DNA of 64,000 bases from Bryobacterales bacterium (lineage in GTDB: Bacteria > Acidobacteriota > Terriglobia > Bryobacterales > Bryobacteraceae): NCBI GenBank assembly GCA_025350625.1, contig JANXXL010000147.1:1275-65274 (forward strand). Direction: 5' to 3'. This document shows, in pieces, positions 35,531 to 45,100 of the stretch (positions are counted from its first letter, which is position 1; every line of letters starts with the position of its first letter). The notes under the pieces were generated by a model, which ran no database searches, was not told the DNA's origin, and saw only the letters and a program-made list of their open reading frames with translations. A program made the translations under genes and the position numbers.

Positions 35531-37030
35531 ATGCCGTCCCGGTCGCGCTGGTTGCGGATTCCCAAGCTGCGGACCAGCTTCCTTCGCGGCCTGCGTTTCC
35601 GGCTTACCCTGAGTTACGTTTTGCTTTTTGGCGTGCTCCTGATTGCAGTCGGGATGCTGTTCCAAAAAACTCTGCGCCTGCAGATGGACGACGAATCGCG
35701 CGCTACTCTCGAAGAAGAATGGGGCGCCGCCAAGGGCTACCTGCATGTGGAAGGCGGAAGGCCCGTGTGGATTGCCGACGCGACCGACCCGGAAGAAGCT
35801 TACATCGTCGAGCGCCTGCGCCACGTCTATATCCTGGCCGACTCCAACGGCAAAGTCTTGGAGCATTCGCAGACCTATGATTCGATCGGCGTCGATTCGC
35901 CGCAAGAGATCGCCCGCATTCTGAATCTGCCGCAGCCGGAGATTCATGTGCGCCGGGACGCCGACGGCATCCCTTATATGATCAAAGCCGGGTCCATTCA
36001 CGGCGATAAGGGACGCTTGTACTTTTTTGCGTTGGGCCGCTCCATTTATAACAACGAGCGGACCGTCGATAACTTCATGCGCCGGTACTTCCTGCTGCTG
36101 CCCGGCATGATTTTCATTACCGGATTGCTCGGCTGGGCATTGGCGGGACGCGCAATCCGGCCGCTGAACCTAGTGGCGGCGACTGCGCAGGAAATCACCG
36201 GCGCAAATCTTTCGCTAAGTATTCCGCGGCGCAACGCCAACGACGAACTGGATAACCTGATTGACAGCTTTAACCGCATGACCCTGCGGCTAAGCCATTC
36301 TTTCGACCAGATCCGCCAATTCTCAACCGATGTCTCACACGAATTACGCACGCCGCTCACGGCCATCCGCGGCCAGCTCGAAGTGGCGCTCTTTACCGCA
36401 GAAACGCCGGATCAGTTCCGTGACGCCATGGTCAACGCGCTAGAGGACGTAGAGAAACTTTCGAGCATCGTGCGCGCGCTGCTGCTCTTATCGCAGGCCG
36501 AATCCGGGCAACTGGTGTTGCAAAAAACGCCGCTCGATCTCGGCGAAGTGGTGGCCGACGTCGTCGACCAGTTCCAGATACCTGCCGACGAGAAGAACGT
36601 CAAACTTACTGCCACGCTCGATCCCGGGTGGCTCACCAACGCGGATCGCACGCAAGTGGAACGGATGATTTCGAACCTGCTCTCTAACGCAGTGAAGTAC
36701 ACTCCACGTGGCGGAAGGGTGCACGTCCGCGTCTGCCGCGACCAAGAGGACGGGTGGATCCGTCTGGAGGTGGAAGATACCGGCGTGGGAATCCCCGCGG
36801 AAAACCTCCCGCATATCTTTGACCGGTTTTATAGGGTGCGCAACGCCCAGACTCATTACACCCAAGGGCTGGGGTTGGGTCTGAGTTTCGTGGCATGGAT
36901 TGTTTCCGCGCACGACGGCACCATTCATGTAGAGAGCAAACCCGGCGCGGGTACCCGATTTGAGATCCGCCTACCGGCCGTTATGGCAGCCCAGGAGACC
37001 CATCCTCAGCCCGTCGCTACAACTACCTAA
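35531..37030 (+). CDS. sensor histidine kinase (two TM, HAMP, HisKA, HATPase_c)
   Basis: H-box FSTDVSHELRTPLTAIRG, N-box LLSNAVKYTP, G-boxes VEDTGVGIP and GLGLGLSF. Starts 3 nt after the regulator gene. Confidence 0.9.
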   Translation: MPSRSRWLRIPKLRTSFLRGLRFRLTLSYVLLFGVLLIAVGMLFQKTLRLQMDDESRATLEEEWGAAKGYLHVEGGRPVWIADATDPEEAYIVERLRHVYILADSNGKVLEHSQTYDSIGVDSPQEIARILNLPQPEIHVRRDADGIPYMIKAGSIHGDKGRLYFFALGRSIYNNERTVDNFMRRYFLLLPGMIFITGLLGWALAGRAIRPLNLVAATAQEITGANLSLSIPRRNANDELDNLIDSFNRMTLRLSHSFDQIRQFSTDVSHELRTPLTAIRGQLEVALFTAETPDQFRDAMVNALEDVEKLSSIVRALLLLSQAESGQLVLQKTPLDLGEVVADVVDQFQIPADEKNVKLTATLDPGWLTNADRTQVERMISNLLSNAVKYTPRGGRVHVRVCRDQEDGWIRLEVEDTGVGIPAENLPHIFDRFYRVRNAQTHYTQGLGLGLSFVAWIVSAHDGTIHVESKPGAGTRFEIRLPAVMAAQETHPQPVATTT

Positions 37031-37075
37031 ATTCCGCAAGAAGATAATCGCCGGCAATCCATATAAACTGGATTT

Positions 37076-37483
37076 ATGGCATTAGAGTTCAGTGAACACG
37101 AGCGCGAGGGAGTAACCATCCTCGCCCTGAAGGGGCGCATTACCGTGGGGGAAGTCACCCCCGTGCGGGATAAGATCACTGAACTGGTGGCGGCCGGCCA
37201 CAACCAGGTTGTGCTCGACCTCCAGCACGTCGATTACATCGATTCGACGGGCCTGGGCAATCTTGTGATCAGTTATACACAGGTAAAGAATGCAGGCGGC
37301 GCCCTGAAGCTGCTGCACTTGAACAAGCGCAACGTGGAGCTACTGGCGCTTACCCGGCTGCACACCATCTTCGAGGTATTCGCGGAAGAGACCGACGCCG
37401 TCAATAGCTTTTTCCCCGGCCGGGAAATTAAGCATTTCGACATTCTCAGCTTCGTTCAAGAAGCGGAGAAAGCCGAATCATAG
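37076..37483 (+). CDS. STAS-domain protein (anti-sigma-factor antagonist, SpoIIAA-like)
   Basis: 135 aa. ILALKGRITVGE...VVLDLQHVDYIDSTGLGNLV, with the conserved DSTG phospho-site region. Confidence 0.85.
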   Translation: MALEFSEHEREGVTILALKGRITVGEVTPVRDKITELVAAGHNQVVLDLQHVDYIDSTGLGNLVISYTQVKNAGGALKLLHLNKRNVELLALTRLHTIFEVFAEETDAVNSFFPGREIKHFDILSFVQEAEKAES

Positions 37484-37490
37484 CTCGGGC

Positions 37491-38327
37491 GGGAAAGCCA
37501 ACTTCGAACGCAGCGCGGCGGCGGCGGGCGAACTCCTTACCAGCGCCGGTGAACTCCTGGGCTGCGTAGTGACGCTGACGGATATTTCAGAGCGGAAAAA
37601 GTCCGAGCTGGCGCTGGCGCTGCAAGCGCAGGCACTCGATCGCTCCAACGGCGATTTGAGGCAGTTCACCTATGCCGTCAGCCACGATTTGCGGGAGCCT
37701 GCCCGCATTTTGGCGATCTACAGCCAACTGCTGGAAAAACACTAAAAAGGCAAGCTGGACCGTCACGCCGACGAGTTCATCCAGCATACAGTGCACGCCG
37801 CGCACCGGCTGGAAGGGTTATTGGACGACCTGGTGACATACACCCAGACCGCTGAGTCGCCTCAAACGGAGAATTCCCGGGTCGCCGCAAATGTGGCGCT
37901 GTCCCTGACCCTCAAGATGTTCGAGACGCGCCTCGAAGAAACCGGCGCTCGCGTGACCAACGATCCTTTGCCGGTATTGCGGATGCACGAGGTCCACGTT
38001 CAACAGCTCTTTCAGAACCTGATCGGCAACAGCCTCAAGTACCGGCGCGAAGAGGCGCTGAAGATCCACGTTTCAGCGCGTGAAGAGAAAGGCATGTGGA
38101 TTCTGGGCGTGGCGGACAACGGAATTGGGATCGACCCGCAATACGGCCAGCAAATTTTCGGTCTCTTTAAGCGCCTGCACGGCGGCGGTAAATATGCCGG
38201 CAGCGGAATCGGTTTGGCCATTTGTCATAAAATCGTAGAACGTTACGGCGGCCGCATCTGGGTTGAATCGGAACTTGGCAAGGGATCTACGTTCTTTTTT
38301 ACGCTGCCTGGAGAGGAAGCGGTATGA
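37491..38327 (+). pseudogene. histidine kinase remnant: no start or sensor domain, in-frame TAA at 37743-37745
   Basis: Own translation in the frame of ORF 37791-38327: ...GELLGCVVTLTDISERKKSELALALQAQALDRSNGDLRQFTYAVSHDLREPARILAIYSQLLEKH*KGKLDRHADEFIQHTVHAAHRLEGLL... followed by an intact HATPase_c (NLIGNSLKY, DNGIGID, GSGIGLAI). The paralogue at 38392-39309 reads LLVKRYRGKLG at the equivalent position. Confidence 0.7.
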
Positions 38328-38391
38328 AGGAAACCGATGCAGCTCCTGTGACTGTTGCTACGGACCGGGGCGCCATCGTTTAGAGCCGCGA

Positions 38392-41300
38392 TCAGTTGAC
38401 GCCTTCGGGGATGGTGAACTTAAAGATCGATCCCCCCGGCGGATTCGGTTCCACCCAGATCCGGCCTCCATAGCGTTCGACGATCTTCTGGCAAATTGCC
38501 AAGCCGATACCGGTACCCGGATACTTGCTGCGCGAGTGGAGTCTCTTGAACACGCGAAAGATCTCCGCAGCATATTTGGGATCGATTCCCAGGCCGTTGT
38601 CTGCAATCGAAAAAACCCATGCAGAGGGGCTTTTCGCAGCCGAAACATGAATCCGAGGCGATTGATCGGACCGGTATTTAATCGCGTTGGCGATGACGTT
38701 TTGAAACACTTGCAGCAGCGGCGTCGGCGACGCCTTTACCGATGGCAGCGAATCTGCAACGATCTCCGCACCGCTTTCGGTAATGGATTTCTCCAGATTG
38801 AGCAGAACTGATTGGAGAACCTCATTACAATCGACCGGGGTTGGGTGTTGCTCCACCCGCTCGCTCACCTCCCAAAACTCACGCAATCCGGCGATGAGCG
38901 CCTCCAGCCGCTGGGCGCCCTCGACGGCGTAGTTGATGAACACATCGCCTTCCGCCCCGAGTTTGCCGCGGTATCTTTTTACCAGGAGATCCGTGTAGGT
39001 GACAATCATGCGTATGGGTTCCTGCAGATCGTGCGAAGCGGCAAAAATAAACTGCTTGAGATCCTCATTGGTTTTGCGCAGTTCTTCGGTGAATTGCCGG
39101 AGCTCGGTAATGTCATCGATCGCCAATAAAATAAGACGCTCGCGATCGCCGTGGCGGATTTCACGAGCATGCAGCAGCATGGTTTTCGCGCCGATCCCCA
39201 TGTAGTTCTGCTCCAGCTGGAAATCCATCATCGAACTGTGTTTCGGAAGGATATCCTCCAAAAGCTGCCTCAATTTTGGGGATATTCCATTGCCCTCCCG
39301 CGATCTCATAAATCAGGCGGCCTTCGGTAGCTTGGGCTTCCAGTTGAAAAACCTCATAAAATGACCGGTTGGCGTTTCTGACCCGCAACGCCGAGTCGAG
39401 AACAATCAGCGGCTCCCTGACGACGCCAACCACGGCTTCCGCAAAATCGCGTGCCCGCCTGAGATCGTCGATATCGACCAAGGTCGCGATGGCGCCGTCA
39501 ATCGAATTCGTTATCCCGTGGTAGGGCAAGATTCTGAGAGAGTGCCAACGGCCTGCGGGGTTTTGAATTTCGAGGTTTTGGCTCTCTTCGCCCGCCAGAG
39601 CCGCCATGAGCAGTTCCCGAAAATTAGGAATAACGGAGGACCGGAGATCCGTCACCGGCCGTCCCTGATCGGTGGGAAGCAGGTTCAACAGCGGCTCCAT
39701 GGCCGGCGTGAACCAGCGTATGCGCAAATCCTTGCCGACCATTACCAGAGGAACATTTATACTCTCAAGCAATTTGCGCAGGTCGCTGTTCAAGGTGCTT
39801 TGTTCGAGGTTCCGGGATCGCAGCTCGTCATTGACGGTATTCAATTCTTCGTTGGAAGCCTGCAATTCCTCTTTGGCCGTATCCAGTTCCTCATTGGTGG
39901 CCTGCGCTTCTTCGTTAGCGGACCGCAATTCCTCCGACGCGGCTTCCTGGGATTCAATGATGGATTGCAAGTAATCCCGCGTGGCTCTTAACTCCTCTTC
40001 CAACCTCTGCACTTCATCCTGGGCGTGCTGAACGGAGGAAGCAGACGTTTTCCCGCGGCCACGGGGTGAAGCGGGAGTCTTCCGGCCCCGGCTTGGCTCA
40101 TCAAACAGGATCAGGAAGCATGGTTCTTTGCTGTTGGGGTCGCGGATCGGCGAAACCCGCAAGTCGATATTGCGCATCTCGTCGCCGCTCTTGACGCGAA
40201 GGCCGGGCACCTTTACTTGAACCCCCTGCAGACGGGACTTTTGAATCGCCGACCTGACCCCCGCGAGTAAGCCGGGCTTCAACAGGCGGGTTAAATCGGT
40301 GGTGAGCTCTCCGGGAGGAATTTGGAGATAGTGACCGGTTTCTCCGCGGACTTGAAGAACATGCATGTCATCGTCGATAATCACGCCGGCCGGCGCGTAC
40401 TCGGCGAGCAGCATCCGGTCCACATACCTTTGCACGTTCTTTAACGGGCTGGCGCTTTCTAAGGGAGCGCTGTAAGGCGCCGCGATGCGTTGCTCGGCCG
40501 GAAAGCCTGAATTCTTCTGCGCCACGCTCCCGTGTTTGGAAAAGATCCGGTGCTTACGGTCCACGATTTGAAACGATTCTGCAAGCGAGCCCAGGGATTC
40601 CGAGCTTCCCAGCACCAGAAAACCGCCCGGCTTCAAGGCGTAATGGAACACGGATAGAGCTTTCTTTTGAAGAACCGGACCTAGATAGATGAGTAAATTA
40701 CAGCAACTAATCAGATCTAATTTCGAAAATGGAGGGTCTTTGGTTAAATCCTGTTTCGCGAAAACACATATATTACGGATGGTTTGACTGATTTGATAGA
40801 CCCGGTCCCGCTTAACGAAGAAGCGCTGCAGCCGATCGGGAGAAACGCCGTGGAGTGCGTTCTCCAGATAGAAACCGGCGCGGGCCTTTTCAATGACCGC
40901 ATCGCTTAAATCGGTGGCGAAGATCTGAATCCCAATCGAGGAATCGTGGGCCTCGAGAAATTCGGTCAGCGTCATGGCCAGGGAGTATGCCTCCTCTCCG
41001 GTGGAGCACCCGGGGATCCAGACCCGGATTGGATCGTCGTCCGGGCGGTTCTCGATCAGCGCAGGAAAGGCCCGCTCGCGCAAAGACTCCAAGGCTTCCG
41101 GCTCCCTGAAAAACGATGTAACATTAATCAGAAATTCTTGGGCCAGGATCTTGGCTTCGGCGCGGTCGTGGCGAAGTTTCCGCGAGTATTCCTTCAAATC
41201 GTCTATGCCATGCAAAGCCATCCGTCGTTCGATGCGCCGCAGAATCGTGTTGTGCTTGTAATATGTAAAATCGATCCCGGTTATAGTCCGTAATACTCCG

Positions 41301-42061
41301 AAAATAGGGGTTAAATCTCCCTTGGATACGGCGGAAATCGCGGACTCTGCCTCCTCTGGGGGGACTGGCGTTAGATAGGGGTGATTCGAGAGCGCCACTA
41401 ATTGCTGGGCGATGTCTTCCGGCGGGAGCACGAAATCGACAGCGCCCGCTGCAATGGCGCTGCTCGGCATGCCGTCGAATTTCGCGGAACTGGGTTCCTG
41501 CGCAAAGGTGATGCCGCCTTCGGCTTTGATGGCCTTCAGCCCGATGGTTCCGTCGGAAGCGGTTCCCGATAGTACGATGCCGAATGCCAGGTTGCCGCGG
41601 TCCTTCGCGAGCGCTTGCAGGAACTTGTCGATGGCCATGTTTGGCGCGCTGGATCCGACGGGGCGCGGCACGGTCCGCAAGATTCCCTTTTCAATTCCGA
41701 GGTTTTCGCTCGCCGGAATCACATAAACGTGGTCGGGCTCGATGGGCGTGTCTCCCTGTACCTCACGAACCGGCATCGGAGATTTTCTGGACAGAATTTC
41801 GGGCAACTGGCTGGCGTGAGTGGGATCGAGGTGCTGAATCAGCACGAATGCCATTCCTGTAGTCGGGGGCAGATGTTCGAGGAGCTGCGTGAAAGCCTCT
41901 AAGCCGCCCGCCGACGCACCGACTCCAACAATCGGGAAGGATTTCCCCGCTGCAAAAGTTTTCTCTGCTGGAGCGGAAGGGCCGGTATTGCCGGGCCTTC
42001 CGGTAGCACCCGGAGTTGGGGATGTCTTCTTAGCTGGTTTGCCGCCTGTCTTTTTGGCCAT
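38392..42061 (-). pseudogene. CheB methylesterase - CheR methyltransferase - PAS - HisKA - HATPase_c fusion (~1220 aa), split by a frameshift at the T4G4 run 39274-39281
   Basis: ORF 39161-42061 carries CheB-like (FPIVGVGASAGG, LSGTASDG) and CheR-like (IRVWIPGCSTGEEAYSLAM) domains, a coiled coil and a PAS domain, and ends ...GGQWNIPKIEAAFGG. ORF 38392-39309 reads GNGISPKLRQLLEDILPKHSS... then H-box AASHDLQEP and HATPase_c. Removing one base gives the continuous reading GGQWNIPKLRQLLEDILPK. Confidence 0.8.
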
Positions 42062-42168
42062 CCGATCCTTGTAGCAAGCCGGAACTATTCAATGATTACC
42101 CGTGCACACATTCCAGCGTTACGCTCTATCGTATATCTTGTTCCATCATACTTTGCTACGGACGGAAG

Positions 42169-45100
42169 TTAGCGAAACCTACGCTTGTAAAAGAAATCGA
42201 CGCCGAAAAGCCCATTCTCTTCGCGCGTTGCAATCAGGGACCATTGCGGGTTCAAGGCCCACTCGACGCGCACAATTTGCGAGTCGGACCGGGTCAAATT
42301 GGTGATATATGTAAACGTCAAGCCGCTCGCAATCTGCTGTTGCAAGGTTAAACGCGCCTGCGGAAGTTCCGAGCCACTGGTAAATGTGGGATCGATTTTG
42401 AGCTGGCTCACGCCAAACACGCGCTGCAATTGACCCGATATCGGATTCGATACCGCTTGGCTCAGCAGGGCCGATTCCCCCATTTGCTGAAAGTTCTGCG
42501 GCGGAGTGGCAGGCTGTTGCGCCAGCAGGACGGCGTCGGAGGTGGGGGTTTTTCCGGCGGCTAACAGCCCTACAATTTCCGAAAATGGCAGGGGCGGATC
42601 GGATTGATAGGCCAAGTTCATATTGTTGACGGGTCCGGAGACGTTTAGCGTGACTTCCACTCCGCGGGCCTTCGTGACCATGCTGAGATTCAAGACCGGC
42701 TCGACCTTATTGGGGTTGTAAAAGGAAACCGTAGCGTCGTTCACCGTATACTTGGTCCCAAAGAATACCAGGACTCCCTCGGTCACCACGATGCGGCCCA
42801 GGACCCCGGGGTTAGCCAGCGTTCCCCTAACTGTTAAATTCGCCTGAGCATGCAAGTCTTCGGCCAGGCTGGTCTGAAAGTTTGCGCCGGCAGCAGTTCG
42901 GACATCGAGATTCAGTTTCACGCCGGCGAGTGCTCCGCCATCCGTGTCGGTTTCCGCGGGTGGCGTCGAACTGGCGAGAATAGAGCCGAAATCGGTCTGC
43001 GGATTAAATTTGACGCTGCGAATAGTCACATCGCCCGAGAGCAGGCTGCTTTCGCTGGTCCCCGTCAGTTTCACATTGGCGTTTCCGACGACGCTCACGC
43101 CCGATGCCTGCCGGACGCGCATCTGGATGGCGCGAGCCGTGAGCCCGTAGTTGAACGTATAGCCATTTCTTCCCACGAATCCGGTGACGGTGATTTTGCC
43201 CCCGCCCGATTCGGCGGTGAGCGATTCGATCCGAGCGATATCGCCATTAAACTGAATCGCGCCGTTAGCTTTGGATATTCCGTTGGACATGTCCGTGGTT
43301 TGAAAGGCAGCGTCTTTCAATTGCAGCCTGCCATTTATAGAAGGCTTCGTAAGCGGACCTTTGATCCCGGCATTCAGTGTGAGCTTTCCATCGGAGCTGA
43401 TGTTCGAATCGAGTTCATGCAGTAGGGCCAGATTCGCGTCGCCGTTCACCGTCAGATCGAAGTTGGTGGCGGGGGAGAGGGCGACACTTCCCGTTAGAGC
43501 GATGCGAGTCGAGTTCCCGGCCAGAATCGCCCTCTGTACATAAATGGCGGACTGGCTGGCCGTAAACTCTATAGGGCCCTCATTGCGCAACGCCAGCTTG
43601 GTGGTGGTGCTCGCGCCCATTCGCGGCCCGCCTAGTGCCGGCTTGGGTTTGGCCGCGATTTCCAGCTTAGAAAGCTGAGCGGTGCCGGTGAGGTTGGCCG
43701 GCTTAAGAATGGCTAACGAAGCGTTTAGGGCGCCGTCGGCGACTGCGTCGAAACTTTGGGTGCTTCCCGAACTGCCGAGGCCGAGCACAGCGCTCCAATC
43801 GGAATAACTTACATTTTTGAATGTGAGTTGGCCTGACGTTTGGTAATCGCCGGCAAGTTGTGTCTGTAGCTTGCCGTTAATGAGCGATTGGGCAAGATTC
43901 GAATCCAGGTTTACATTGAGCGTAGAGCCGGTTTGCTCCGCGCTGGCGTGGAAATCGCCGTAATCGCGGCCGTTCATCCGCAGGCCCGTAACCGCGGTAT
44001 TTCCTTTTAAGCCGGAAAGCAAGACTTTCGGCCCGGCAGCACTGATCGTACCGGTGGTGTCGATGTTCAGGCTGAGTGCTCCCGAGAGTCCTGGCCTGCG
44101 TTGCTGCAAATACTTGATTTGCGCAAGCTGGATGGAATTTCCTGCCACATGCAGACGCACGTTCCCGGTGGAAAAGTCCCGGACAGGGTGGGAGAACGAG
44201 CCCGACACCCAAACGCGATTCGGTCCGGAGGCGAGGTTGATAGAGGGCAGATCCAGCAACGCGTTCGAGTAATTAACATGACCTTCTATGCGATCAAACG
44301 GCTGCTCATAAACCACGACTTTGGTGAGATCCATATCCAGATTCGCGCGCGGATCGCGCAGGGTTCCGGACAACTCTCCTTTCGCGGAGAGCAAGCCGCG
44401 CGCGGGAAGGTCATCCTCACCGGCCAGCGTGAGCGCCTGCTCGAGGGGAAGGTTTTGAATCGACACGCTGGCTGTAGTGGGGTATTCCGGGGTTAGCGTG
44501 GTGGAGCCGTCAGCGCGGATCGCGGAGCCGGCGAAGTTCGAATCGATTCGATAGGAGAGTTGGTTGCCGGTGGTGCGCGCATCGGCTGTGAAATCGCCCA
44601 AGCTGCGTCCGCGTGCCCTTAAGCCCCGAACGGTTATTTTACCGTTCACCGCGGCGATCTGCAGAGTGGAATTCCCCCCGCTCGAAAGTAAGTTTGCCTC
44701 GGCATCAACATTCGTCTGCGCGAGACCTCCCACATCCGGCCTGCGCTTTTGAAGGGCCGGCAGCAGATTCAGAGCAACCTGGTTGGTGTCCAGATGCAGG
44801 TGCAAGCGTCCGGCGGAGAAGTCATTCAAGGGATGATCGAAGGAAGCAGTCAGATTCGCTACCGCGCCGCCCGCTGTTGCCTGCATTGATGGGACGGTGA
44901 CCAATTGGCCGGCGTAATTCACTTTTCCCTGGATGCGGTCGAATGGTTCGCCATAAGCGACGCCGTTCACAATCGCAAGATCCGCGCTGCCGCGAGGGTC
45001 GCCAATGGTTCCCGAAGCCTGTGCGGAAAGCGTGAGATCGCCGCGGACCGGAACCTGGCTCTGACCTGTGAGTGCGAGGATATCCTGCACATCGGCGTTG

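Noticed and set aside
39780-40010. Periodic gaa/gag-rich DNA and the antisense ORFs 39518-39991 + and 39672-39974 +.
   Set aside because: The periodicity is explained by the EEL-rich coiled-coil linker (…EELRSANEEAQATNEELDTAKEELQASNEELNTVNDEL…) of the CheR-PAS protein on the minus strand. It is not an independent repeat element or gene.
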